This document shows positions 50,345-63,490 of a stretch of 64,000 nt of DNA, in pieces (within the stretch, counting starts at the first letter, position 1; every line of letters begins with the position of its first letter). The notes beneath the pieces were generated by a model that saw only the letters and a program-made list of their open reading frames with translations, did no database searches and was not told the origin of the DNA. The translations under genes were made by a program, and so were the position numbers. This DNA is from Octopus bimaculoides (Eukaryota): contig NC_068984.1 in NCBI RefSeq assembly GCF_001194135.2, positions 135,722,342 to 135,786,341 of the forward strand, in the 5' to 3' direction.

Positions 50345-50555
50345 ATTCTAACTTTGGCAAAAGGCCAACAGTTTTGAGGAGAGGGAGATGTCGATTATAT
50401 TGCCCCCAGTGCTTTATTGGTAGCAATTTTATCGACGCGGAAATGATGAAAACCAACATTGACACTGGCGGCATTTGAACTCAGAACGTAAAAAGCTGGA
50501 AGAAAAGGCATTACGCGTTTTGTCCAGCGCGATAACAAACCTGCTTGTTGGCCTT
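50345..50555 (-). mobile_element. SINE family B (a more decayed copy follows at about 50790-50960)
   Basis: GTCGATTATATTGCCCCCAGTGC...ATTTTATCGACGCGGAAATGATGAAA...GGCGGCATTTGAACTCAGAACGTA...TTTTGTCCAGCGCGATAAC. Confidence 0.75.
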
Positions 50556-51342
50556 TCTTGAGCCATTAATATTTATTTCAAATGTTAACACAAGACCAGT
50601 AATTTTGAATGGAGGATGCTCCCATGCTGAAATAATTCTTATTTTATCAAATCCCACGAGATGGACGGCAAATTTGACATAGACTGCATTTGAATTTACA
50701 GCTTAAAGAGATGGAAATATTCCGAGAACTCCCACCCCTTATCGAATTAGTAATAATTATATCTACAATAATCAAAAGGTCGGACATTTTGGTAAAGGGA
50801 GTTAAGCAATACCATAGACCCGGGTGCTCAGCTGGTACTTCAAAAGGATCAAACACAAAATCAACCAGGGTGCAAATTTATCCAGATAGTAAAGAGTCGG
50901 AAAAATGCCAGTAATAATAGACAAAAGAATCAAAATTTACCTTGGCCGGATTTGAAATTATTTCGAATGAAATTACAACAAATCAACGTAGTGGCGACGG
51001 AACGACTTGGCTGTGTTGCATCATATTCATATTAATTAACAAAATATTGTTACTGTCGATTGCACAATTTTGCAAATTCGGCAGAGCAACTCATTTCTGT
51101 CAGAGTTTATGAATAATATGACCTTTTATAAGGTAATGTTCGCTCAATTGTTAGTAAGTGATTAATCGATCTCTGATCAAGTGTTAACAACGCGGCAATT
51201 AGTCAAACCCAGCTTACTTTTATTCTCCATACTCCCCAAAAAATCCTTCATTTTGTCGACAAGTGACTAATTGTTATGCTCTTCACTACAAAAATATCTT
51301 ACTGCTTCCCTTACATTTCTTTATATATATATATATATATAT

Positions 51343-51382
<40 letters not shown>

Positions 51383-51659
51383 TTTGATGAATTAATAAAT
51401 GGATGAATTGGCAGACAGGCCGTTTGGCAGTCTGACACATAGATAAGTAGATAGACAGACAAATAGGAGTGAGTAACTATACGCATAAAAACATGCATCC
51501 CATAAATAATGCGGGCTTTTTGTAATTCTTTTGTTTTCAAAATCAAGATAAACAAAGATCATTTTAAATTTAAAATACCCTCCTTCATTTTCTACAATGC
51601 ACTTCTATCTAACCGGTCGACTTGCAAGGCCCTTCTTCCAAAATTCACTTGTTACTCAC

Positions 51660-51734
51660 GAAAAATACCCCTCCCGTACTGTTCTGACCCCGTCTACAGA
51701 GTTCATATCTTATCCATCCAAAGGAATTTGAAAA
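51660..51734 (-). CDS. Candidate 75-nt internal exon of an unidentified host gene
   Basis: Acceptor atctgtctatcgttttttccgcag| and donor TTC|gtgagtaac. Open only in phase 0 (FSNSFGWIRYELCRRGQNSTGGVFF), or from an internal ATG (MNSVDGVRTVREGYF). No homology recognised. Confidence 0.3.
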
Positions 51735-51936
51735 CTGCGGAAAAAACGATAGACAGATGGGGAAATGTTCGGAGAGTACGGTCGATGGAGCATCGGTTGC
51801 CATTCAAACTACTCCAGCCTTTCGAATGTCATCTACGCAGCATACATAACTTTATCGATGACGATACATCTGTCTACTTATACAATACATACATAAATAG
51901 AGAGAGACAGGGAGCAAGATATATATATATATATAC

Positions 51937-51994
<58 letters not shown>

Positions 51995-54898
51995 CATTAG
52001 TTTAATATTTTATTCCTGATTGTTATGATCTTTGCAGCTGGAAACATCCGCGCCTTAACACGAAGCGAAGGCCAACCACGTTGGTATTGCTGTACTGAAA
52101 TGCATCTTTGTTGCAAATGATAAAGAAGAGAGTATGTATATATATATGCGTATTTTATTTTGTGAGGTGTTTATATATACATGAGCATCTGTAAATTTAT
52201 AAATGTGCATTTGCGTTGCTTTCGCGTGTGTGTATGTGTTTGTGTGTGCGTGCGCGTGCATTCATGTATTTATGCATGTATGTGCAAGTATGTATATTTT
52301 ACTAACGGATCAATAATTAGTTCACGTAGGATTTTAGTAAATGGAGTCAATTTTGTGACCTTTCATTGTAATGTCAAACAAAGCATATTTGAATGGTTAA
52401 TCAGTTCCATTGACCATTTTCCTGAAAAATATTGCCGGCAGCTAGCTGGACCTAGGCAATGTCAAAGAAAGTCTTTCTTCACAGATTCGCTGTTTCGACA
52501 GTGTTTGAGCACTGAGGCTACGTTCATGTGTTACAAACCTTACGCGTTTATTTTGTATTTAAATGCAATAAAGAAAAATCTGAGAAATCTCAAGTTCTTC
52601 TCCATCAACCAAACTAAATAAAACTATTCTACGCAATGGAGCAAATGTATGTTGTGGAGTAGAGATATCTAATTGACTGCCCTATTAAAACTACAACTAA
52701 TATATGAATTTCGTTTTCGTATTTGACTTCTTGATTTGAACTCGCAAGTTGGAACATATATTGTTGTATCTCTTGGGGATCATTATGCCAATAATAAACA
52801 TGCAGCATAATTTTAGGATTATTAATTAAGTGATTAAATATTGAACCAATTAATTAATCGATTGTTTTATTAAATGATCGTTCAAGCAATCAGGCATGGT
52901 TTGTGAAAGTAATTTTGTCATTTCTTGACAACATGAACGACTTGCCCTCTCTACTCCGACCGAGTCTGTTTCAAGTCTGTCTTTATTTAAATGTTTATCG
53001 GAGACTGTGTTCTGGCTAAACATTTTATGTTTTTTTTTTCTATTAGCACAGTAAGGTAAATAATTAAGCTTATCAATAAAGGAAAGCTCGAAACTTAATC
53101 AATGGCTATTAAATATCCCCCAACCATATACAAGGCTTTTTAACAAAATCACACCCTACCGGCCTTAAATCTCTTGTTATGGTATACTGGACAGAAGATA
53201 TATCAGAACCAGAACAAAATAGGTTGTCGCAAATGAAATGTATTTCATCCAAGATCTCCTCTTATAGTGCTACGCTGAGGATGAAAATCAAATGTGCACT
53301 TCAGTTTAGCATTGTTCATAGCGCATCGCATTTTGTACACGATTTACAACATAGCCTTATATAACTTGATTCAATGAATATGGTTTTATTTTATTTATTT
53401 TTTACGAGATATATTTCATTTTTACATAACTAAGATTGTACAGCCCTTCAAAGAAGTATCTCTTGTAACTAAGCGGAATAAGGGCATTTGCATTCTCATT
53501 TAATAATACAATTTACTTTAATAGTCATCGTGATATTTTTTATTTTATTTTAATCTATAATATATATATTTAACGATGGTGCATCAGCATGGCCGCTGCT
53601 CTGAGCTGAAACTATAAAAAATATATATATATTGTCACAAGAATTCTGCAATTTTCATGTTTATCAAAATGTTTCTCTCTTCAAATTATTTATTCGAACG
53701 TGCAATGGAGCTCAAATTAGAAGACTTATCATCAATGTCATGGTTACTATTTAATTTTATTTATATTGTGTCTCTGATAAAATTACATATGCAAAATTAA
53801 AACAAACTTCTACTTAATATTCATAGCGATATTAATCTTTAAAATAATGTAATGAAATCTCCAGGTATATGTACATTTGCATACAGAAAGTTTGTCTCTC
53901 ACTCACCCTCTGTCTTTCTCTCCTTCTTTCTCATTCACACAATATATGTTTATATATAATATTTGGAATGATAATATTACAATTTTTAAAAGAAATATAA
54001 TTATATTCAGACAATGTCTATGAGTGTGCGCACCCGCAGCGGCACATACGTGTGGTTGTGCTTCTCTTTGTAGCAGTATTCTTATTTACATTTTAATGAA
54101 TGCATTCAAACGCAAAATATCTAATTCAACAAATTCTTATAGTTTATACGCATCAAGTATTTAGACTTGATAAAACTGATAAATATATATGAAACTAGTT
54201 GTTTACGTAATAAGAATCTAGAAACTTCGAGAGGAATAAAATAAATTGCTTTTGACAGTGAAACTCAGCATATGTAGAAGTATAAGTAATTAGGTATAGA
54301 ATACTGCATTACAAAAACAACCCTTCGATGAAATATAGCCGAAGACTACCCAACGGTCAGTTCCACTGTTATATATGATTTACTTCAACAAGTAACTGTA
54401 ACATAATCACATTTACACGTTTGGAAACAGAAGATGTTTAATAGCTAAGTCTATATTTCAAACAACACAAAGTATTGACGATTCCACAATAATTTCCTGC
54501 CTAATAAACCATATATTAAGTTTAAACTGTTTTGGGAGTAAAATGTACATGTTATTCCGACTGACATCTCTTAAATATTTCGCAAATCTTGAGAGAAACA
54601 ATATGTCTTAATTTTCAAATTGATTTCATTAACAGAAATGTTTTGACAGTTCTTTACATACGGGTTTGATAAGCCTGAAGGAAAAAATAAAACTCTCCTG
54701 TAAAGTAATGAAATATAGTCGAGCTGCTTGCTTCATACTCACTTCTTGCTGACTATATACATACTGATCTTAGAAATTTCCTGTTATAGTGCGTGAACTA
54801 AACTGACTTAATTTTCTGAACAACTATTGATGCAGTTAAGTGGTGGTATCTCATCTGGCTGTATATGATATACAAAAACGTACACGGAAAATACTTAC

Positions 54899-54907
54899 CT
54901 TTGTATT
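54899..54907 (-). CDS. Candidate 9-nt microexon (AATACAAAG)
   Basis: ttttgaacttctcag|AATACAAAG|gtaagtatt; strong donor, frame-preserving length; could be chance. Confidence 0.15.
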
Positions 54908-55930
54908 CTGAGAAGTTCAAAATTGTGCTTAGCAGGTAAATGAATACATATTTTTTCCGGTTAAGTTAGTGGAATTATATAGAAATAGAAATCGAAATTG
55001 CATTATAGTGAAGAAAAATATATGCCATAGTAGTGTGCCTCAAGACTACAGTTCACGAAGGCGCAATCTATCCTGGTTTTCAGAACGGTTTGGATTAGAA
55101 GCACTGGACTTATCTCAACTAAACAGAAACATCCTAATTTTAGGATGAAGAATTTTAGGATGAATTCTCGGATGAATATTAGCGTTACACTTGAAACTCA
55201 GAGTATTAAAATTTTGAATCAAACTGTTTTNNNNNNNNNNNNNNNNNNNNNNNNNNNNNNNNNNNNNNNNNNNNNNNNNNNNNNNNNNNNNNNNNNNNNN
55301 NNNNNNNNNNNNNNNNNNNNNNNNNNNNNNNNNNNNNNNNNNNNNNNNNNNNNNNNNNNNNNNNNNNNNNNNNNNNNNNNNNNNNNNNNNNNNNNNNNNN
55401 NNNNNNNNNNNNNNNNNNNNNNNNNNNNNNNNNNNNNNNNNNNNNNNNNNNNNNNNNNNNNNNNNNNNNNNNNNNNNNNNNNNNNNNNNNNNNNNNNNNN
55501 NNNNNNNNNNNNNNNNNNNNNNNNNNNNNNNNNNNNNNNNNNNNNNNNNNNNNNNNNNNNNNNNNNNNNNNNNNNNNNNNNNNNNNNNNNNNNNNNNNNN
55601 NNNNNNNNNNNNNNNNNNNNNNNNNNNNNNNNNNNNNNNNNNNNNNNNNNNNNNNNNNNNNNNNNNNNNNNNNNNNNNNNNNNNNNNNNNNNNNNNNNNN
55701 NNNNNNNNNNNNNNNNNNNNNNNNNNNNNNNNNNNNNNNNNNNNNNNNNNNNNNNNNNNNNNNNNNNNNNNNNNNNNNNNNNNNNNNNNNNNNNNNNNNN
55801 NNNNNNNNNNNNNNNNNNNNNNNNNNNNNNNNNNNNNNNNNNNNNNNNNNNNNNNNNNNNNNNNNNNNNNNNNNNNNNNNNNNNNNNTATATATATATAC
55901 ATACATATATATATATATACATATATATAT

Positions 55931-55979
<49 letters not shown>

Positions 55980-57833
55980 GAGAAAGGAAAAGAGTTATTT
56001 TTTGACAATTTCCATCGTGCTGTGTGTTGTTCTTTTTTCAATTTCACTCTCAGTACGCTGGTCTCTTCATCTCAGGTGAAGCTGTTTTTATAAAAACTCT
56101 ATATGACTGATCTTTCAATAATGTACATTTACTATGATCTTCACCAAACATTTACACTTATATTATTATCTATTTCTTTGAAACTCATTGAAATGTGTGT
56201 GAACATTTGAACATTTGATCGTTTAAACATGTTTTTCAGATGATTTTATCTTGTAACTTTAAACTCTCCTAACCCTTTAATTATAGATTTGTACGATTGA
56301 TTAGCAAACACTGTCATTACCCGTTAAGTATGTGAATAAATTTATTACAAAATTGAAAAACGCCTACACGTTTTAAGATTCACGTGCATTTTCAAATGCG
56401 GAATGTAACTGCGAATTTTGATGTATCTGCAAACAACGTATAGACGTTTAATGCTTAGCAGACAACTTATACCCGTCGTTGATAAAGAATTCAATGACGG
56501 CATGTTGCTTCGCCTTGGAATTCATTATTCAATAGATGAGGACATGAAAAGAATTACTACGGAAGAAGAGTTGCTCTAAGAACAATGTTGATGAATAATC
56601 GTATATTAAAATATTGTTGCAAGATCTTTTGAAAGCACGGGAGAATTACTTGAAACATTTTATCAGTATACCGTAGCTTCACCTTCGAGGATTCAAGAAA
56701 TTTTAATGACAAAATTTGGGATTCACCTCCCTAAATAAGACACACAATACTTATTTGCTTCGTTCGAAGAGGAACACTTAATGAATCCAGTATTCCAATA
56801 TGCCTGTTCGTATTACATTATTCCATAAATACCATATACGCGTGTAAATTTAAGTGCTTTATACGTTTGTGCATATTCCTATATATGCATATGTGTAGGT
56901 AAATTTGTGTTCTTGTGTTGGTGAGTACATATAATGGGTTGGCATTTTTCTTATTAAATCCAGCAATTATTTCCTGCAAATAATGGCTTCCTCGATTTCG
57001 TATAAAATCTTAGACAGAAATGTTGGCATCAAAAATTGCACGGTTGCAAATGTAATTTTTCCAGGACAAATTGAATTATAAACTTCAGCGATATTTCTAC
57101 AACTATGTGTATTTTTATAATTCTATATAAATCAAATCTTATGCATAACAACAATGTACAGTCAAGTTATCGGTAAACATTCTGCAGAAATAAACAATAA
57201 CTCGATCAATCTTTCTGAAATTACTTTCTCAGAATAGGTCTCCATGTGACGGTCAATCTAAATTAAACGAAAATATCTTTTCCTATATATTATTCGTCAT
57301 ACAGAATGTAACATCTTCCAGAAAGATACCATCGTTAACTGTACATCAATATATTGATAACTTTTATATATGTGTGTGTGAGAGAGAGCTTCTGTCTCTG
57401 TTGTGTGTGAATGTATACATATATATATTTGTATGCGCATACACACACACATATACATAAAAGGTACACTTTTCCGGTTTACTAAGTTATACGTATATAC
57501 ACACACCCATATATATATATATATAGATATATATCTATCTATCTATATTTATATATATATATGCGTTTGTGTGTATATATGTATGTGTATGTGTGCTTGT
57601 ATGCGTGTGCATGTACGCACTCAAGTACTCACATACACACACCCATACATACCTTTATATATGTTGTCAATTGACGCCTGTGAATTAGTATATTAGAAAT
57701 TCAGGTATTCTAAGCGAGCCATTTAATCATTGAAGGTGCACAACAAATAGCCAGATAATCGGGGCCATGACCTTTTATCTGTATAAATTTAGCAAACCAA
57801 ATATACTACGTAAAGAAAATATGGAATACTTAC

Positions 57834-57861
57834 CAGAAACTAAGTCGCGGGACATCTTCAT
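57834..57861 (-). CDS. Candidate first (coding or uORF-containing) exon end, MKMSRDLVS-G
   Basis: ATGAAGATGTCCCGCGACTTAGTTTCTG|gtaagtatt, a consensus donor in a locally CpG-enriched stretch (about 7 CpG in 57841-57930). Confidence 0.2.
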
Positions 57862-60549
57862 ATCTCAATGATTAATCAACGCGTTACTCGCTGTTGAACT
57901 AACGACAATTTTTCAGTTAGCCGCACTACATTGCATTTATTGCTTCATGAATGGAAGTAGATTGCATATAAATGGAGAAAGAGCTATATTTCTATTTATA
58001 AAAAAGGGGTTATATGTTTATGTATGAAGGAAATCAGACCGGTAATGAGCATCCGGTTATATTTTTGTGATGGTAACCAGACTGGTAAGAGATATTGCTT
58101 AGTAATGAGCAAGGAAGTGAAAATTACTCGGTTTGTAGCCCGACTGATTTCGAAAGAATTGTCACTTAAATCTCGCCTCTCAGTTAATTGCAATGCAAAA
58201 TCACGAACTTGACATACGATCCGCGAATATATCTCTTCAGACTCGCAATTTAATACAATATTTTGCAGGTATATGTGCTACAAAGTTATTATGAGCTTTC
58301 CTTGAGACCTGTACCCTTGGAAGATCAACCAGTTCTGGGTTTGAAAGAAATTAATTGAACATTTGAAAGGATCTGTTTATATCTATTCTTTCTTCTGCGT
58401 ACTACAGATTGGAGTGGCAACGCAATTCTCTTCAGATTGCATAGACGTTGTTAGTATGTTTGCGCCAAGATCCTCTTGCATTAGCTAATATTTCTGCTAA
58501 TAAAAATATCTGTGATTTATTTTCATACCGTCTTTGTAGCAGTTTCCTAAGCTTCCGCGCAAAAAAACATATTTCTTTTATATTGGAGCTTTGGAATTTC
58601 ATCGTCAATAATATGTATACAGATATATATATATATATATATATANNNNNNNNNNNNNNNNNNNNNNNNNNNNNNNNNNNNNNNNNNNNNNNNNNNNNNN
58701 NNNNNNNNNNNNNNNNNNNNNNNNNNNNNNNNNNNNNNNNNNNNNNNNNNNNNNNNNNNNNNNNNNNNNNNNNNNNNNNNNNNNNNNNNNNNNNNNNNNN
58801 NNNNNNNNNNNNNNNNNNNNNNNNNNNNNNNNNNNNNNNNNNNNNNNNNNNNNNNNNNNNNNNNNNNNNNNNNNNNNNNNNNNNNNNNNNNNNNNNNNNN
58901 NNNNNNNNNNNNNNNNNNNNNNNNNNNNNNNNNNNNNNNNNNNNNNNNNNNNNNNNNNNNNNNNNNNNNNNNNNNNNNNNNNNNNNNNNNNNNNNNNNNN
59001 NNNNNNNNNNNNNNNNNNNNNNNNNNNNNNNNNNNNNNNNNNNNNNNNNNNNNNNNNNNNNNNNNNNNNNNNNNNNNNNNNNNNNNNNNNNNNNNNNNNN
59101 NNNNNNNNNNNNNNNNNNNNNNNNNNNNNATATATATAATATATATATATTTGAAAGAAGGTTTGAAATGCAAATTTAAAGATGTTTATTGACTTGACCG
59201 GTTTCACGTTTTTAGAAAAAGATTGTCAAAAGTAAAATGTAAAGCTTTGTATGAGCTTTGTTGTGTTAAGTACTGGTTATCACAGAAGTATTAAAAAAAA
59301 ACAGAAGTACGTCCTTTGATAATAATAATAAAATTTTAAAAACAGTTTACCATAACCTATTTAAGAAAGTAATCACAACTGGACTCCAAAAGGTAGAGTT
59401 CAGTAAAAATCATGTTTCTTTGGTAGTATACATATACACAGAAGGAGATACATTTAAGAATTTGCAAAACATTGTAGAGGAATAACTGACCTTTCCGACA
59501 TTTTCTCTTGTGTGTATCTAAGGAATGTTTGCTATCTTTGTAGATAGCAAACATTCCTTAGCTACACACAAGAGACAATCTTGTGTGATGATGGTGGTGG
59601 TGGTGGTGCTGGTGGTAATTGAGGCGGTCAACCATGACGGGAATAGTAAAGGATGTGAAAGACAGTGGTGATGGTGGTGGAGGAGACGGAGGCGAAGTCA
59701 AAAGTGTTGAGGGTGGTGGCATCAAAATTCTGAGTGGTGTGTGTGTATGGCAGTTATGGTTGCGGTGGTGGTTGTACTTGTGATGGTGATGGCTGAAGAC
59801 AAACAACAGGTAGAGGGGAGAGAGAGAGAGAGAGAGAGAGATAGACAGAGATAGAGAGAGAGAGAGAACGAGAGAGAGGGAGAGAGAGAGAGCGAGAGTG
59901 AGAGTGAGAGAGATTACACAGCAAAAAAATGTACTGACCCCCGAATGGGAAGACAAAATATGTTGTTTATCGTACAGCTTTGCAATAAGAATAAGACCCA
60001 AGCTGAAAAATATCATTTTTGACGAAAATCGTTCATTGCTTCAATAAATATTGTTCAAGTTTAATAAACTTTAATCTTTACTCAATGCAGGAAGTGACAT
60101 TCATTATTGGAGCTAGCGTAAAAGAAGCTAGCTTAAAATCTGCCCGATAGGAGTCGAGGAAATGCTCAAATAAGCCACCATTTCACTGACATTCCTATAT
60201 CACCTTGTTTCGAACTTTGAAATATTTCTATTCGTTCTCATCATTAAGTCTCACTCTATATCTGTGATCCTCATTTAATGGTAAGTTGAATTTTACTCGT
60301 TCCTCGAATTCCGTCAGCCTGTTGAATTTCCAGTAAAACGGTGGCTTAATTGAGTAATTTCAGATTTTATTTCTAGCAGCGTTGGTACTTCGTGTACCAT
60401 CAATTATAATTAACAACTAATTATAAATTTATGAATTCTTCCTTTTTGGCTTTAAAACTTGCTGGCCACTTATATTATTGTTACTGTTTATTATCAATAA
60501 TAATATCTTTATATATATATATATTTGTGTGTGTGTGGGTCTGTGTGTG

Positions 60550-60596
<47 letters not shown>

Positions 60597-61630
60597 GTGT
60601 GTGTGTGCGTGTGTGTGTGTATGTATAAATGCATAGATAGACAAATATATGAAGTGAAAGAAAGCGAAAAAGAACGTGAGATAAATAAAAACGACACGAT
60701 GGGCCATGGATGGGGCAAAGAAATAAATTGTGTATTGAGTGAGCCAATCGAAGCACGCAGCAGAAAAAAAAACTGTAAAAATATGAACAGGAACACGAAC
60801 ATCGGAATTATGCTTCCAATGAAAGTAAATACGCAGATGTAGAAACAGAATTGAATCAAACGTTTCGGATTGTAACCTTTATCAATAAGAAAATTGTAAT
60901 CAGTTAATCAAGAGAAAAAGAACGAATTATATATGATACTGAATCTATTATAGACTAGGACTGCCACGGAAATAGAATTGTAAAATTCTGCTTCGTGATA
61001 TTTTTCTTTTCATTTACTTCTTGTTCGTGTCTTTGTGAATATCTATGAAACAAGAGGTTAGATTATTCGCTCTTTGTTTCCTATATTTGCACAATACATT
61101 TCTTGAATTTTAATTTTTTGTCTTTATATTTTTACTCTTCCTTCAGTTACGTGTCTCATTTGTATGCCTCCACGTCATTGTCTCATAATTATATTACTTT
61201 TGTTCATGTAACTTATATTAATTATATAATTATATTATATTAATTTATATTATTATACCTTTGTAGGTAGTAAAATAACTGTGAGTGGGTGTATGCGTCT
61301 GTCATGTGTGTGTTTGTCATGTGTCTGTTACGTGTGTGATTATGAACGCAACTACAATTTATTCCTTATGGTACCGTGCATATTTCCTCTACCGAAATGT
61401 ACTCAACAAACACAAATCGAATTGAAGAAATAAAATGAAACGCAGCGAGAGAGGCCTCCTGATTACAAGTCGAAATTCTGACGTATTCGATCATGCTGAG
61501 TTGTCAAGCACACATAACAATGCATGCAACTACACACGCTCAAACACACACACGGGAACACATACACAGTCACACATACACACAAACATACACACGCACG
61601 CATACAACACGCTCATACCCACGCACACAT

Positions 61631-61978
61631 ATAAGCGCAGGAGTGGCTATATGTTAAGCAGCTTGCTCCCAACAACATGGTTCCGGGTTCAGTTCTGCTG
61701 CATGGCAAATTGCTCAAGTCTTACTATAGCCTCCAGCCGATCAAAACCGTATGAGTGGATTTGGTAGATGGAAAGTGAAAGAATCCCCTGGTATAAATAA
61801 ATATATTTATGTTTTTGTGTATCTGTGTCTTTCCCTGTAAAATAGCAGTTCGGCAAGACACCGATAGAATAAGCATTCGGCTTACAATGAATAAGTCCTG
61901 GGGTCAATTTGTTCGAATAAAGGTGGTGCTCCAGCATGGCCGTAGTCAAATGACTGAAACAAGTGAAAGAATAGAAGA
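61631..61978 (+). mobile_element. SINE family A, full length
   Basis: GCGCAGGAGTGGCT...CATGGTTCCGGGTTCAG...GAGTGGATTTGGTAGATGGAAAG...GTCCTGGGGTCAATTTG...GGTGCTCCAGCATGGCCGTAGTCAAATGACTGAAACAAGTGAAAGAATAG. Confidence 0.9.
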
Positions 61979-62059
61979 TATATATAACCAGGAAATGTTC
62001 AGTGCTCGCACGTCGTTTGTTTGTGTGTGTGTGTGTGTGTGTGTGTTTGAACGTACGTA

Positions 62060-62105
<46 letters not shown>

Positions 62106-63069
62106 NNNNNNNNNNNNNNNNNNNNNNNNNNNNNNNNNNNNNNNNNNNNNNNNNNNNNNNNNNNNNNNNNNNNNNNNNNNNNNNNNNNNNNNNNNNNNNN
62201 NNNNNNNNNNNNNNNNNNNNNNNNNNNNNNNNNNNNNNNNNNNNNNNNNNNNNNNNNNNNNNNNNNNNNNNNNNNNNNNNNNNNNNNNNNNNNNNNNNNN
62301 NNNNNNNNNNNNNNNNNNNNNNNNNNNNNNNNNNNNNNNNNNNNNNNNNNNNNNNNNNNNNNNNNNNNNNNNNNNNNNNNNNNNNNNNNNNNNNNNNNNN
62401 NNNNNNNNNNNNNNNNNNNNNNNNNNNNNNNNNNNNNNNNNNNNNNNNNNNNNNNNNNNNNNNNNNNNNNNNNNNNNNNNNNNNNNNNNNNNNNNNNNNN
62501 NNNNNNNNNNNNNNNNNNNNNNNNNNNNNNNNNNNNNNNNNNNNNNNNNNNNNNNNNNNNNNNNNNNNNNNNNNNNNNNNNNNNNNNNNNNNNNNNNNNN
62601 NNNNNNNNNNNNNNNNNNNNNNNNNNNNNNNNNNNNNNNNNNNNNNNNNNNNNNNNNNNNNNNNNNNNNNNNNNNNNNNNNNNNNNNNNNNNNNNNNNNN
62701 NNNNNNNNNNNNNNNNNNNNNNNNNNNNNNNNNNNNNNNNNNNNNNNNNNNNNNNNNNNNNNNNNNNNNNNNNNNNNNNNNNNNNNNNNNNNNNNNNNNN
62801 NNNNNNNNNNNNNNNNNNNNNNNNNNNNNNNNNNNNNNNNNNNNNNNNNNNNNNNNNNNNNNNNNNNNNNNNNNNNNNNNNNNNNNNNNNNNNNNNNNNN
62901 NNNNNNNNNNNNNNNNNNNNNNNNNNNNNNNNNNNNNNNNNNNNNNNNNNNNNNNNNNNNNNNNNNNNNNNNNNNNNNNNNNNNNNNNNNNNNNNNNNNN
63001 NNNNNNNNNNNNNNNNNNNNNNNNNNNNNNNNNNNNNNNNNNNNTATATATATATATATATATATATAT

Positions 63070-63260
63070 TTGTGGATGCGCGTGGTTTAGTGGTTAAGGT
63101 GTCAGCATCATGTTCGTAAGATTGTACTTTCGATTCCTGGACCGGGAAACGCGTTGTGCTCTTGAGCAAAAACACTTCATTTCACGTTGCTCCAGTCCAC
63201 TCAGCTGGGCAACACATACGCCATTGAAACCGGGAACCAGGCCCATGAGCCTGGCTAGGC
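63070..63260 (+). mobile_element. SINE family D (tRNA-like head; tail shared with the 26190-26504 element)
   Basis: GCGCGTGGTTTAGTGGTTAAGGTG (A box)...TTCGATTCCTGGACCGGG (B box)...TTGTGCTCTTGAGCAAAAACACTT...CATACGCCATTGAAACCGGGAACCAGGCCCATGAGCCTGGCTAGGC. Confidence 0.75.
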
Positions 63261-63264
63261 AGTT

Positions 63265-63490
63265 CGTATGTGTTTGCGTTTGTCCCCCCACCATCTTTTG
63301 ACAAACGATACTGGTGTGCTTATGTGTCAGTAACCTAGCTGTTCGGCAAAGGAAACCAATAGAATAAGTACTGGGATTACAGAGTATAAGCCCTGGTGTC
63401 AATTTCTTCGCCTAAAACATTTTAAGGCGCCGCTCCATCATGGCTGCAGTAAAGTGACTGAAGAAAGCAAAAGAATAACAGAATGAAAGA
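63265..63490 (+). mobile_element. SINE family A, 3' half directly following the family D copy
   Basis: GTTTGTCCCCCCACCATCTTTTGACAAACG...GTTCGGCAAA..AAACCAATAGAATAAGTACT...GCTCCATCATGGCTGCAGT..AGTGACTGAAGAAAGCAAAAGAAT. Confidence 0.8.

Noticed and set aside
58150-58250. CTGAAGAG...CGAAATCAGTC hammerhead-like spacing on the minus strand
   Set aside because: Stem II is only 2 bp and stem I cannot form
59587-59910. His/Pro/Ser/Leu-rich ORF 59558-60016 (-)
   Set aside because: Translation of degenerate (GGT)n and (GA)n repeats
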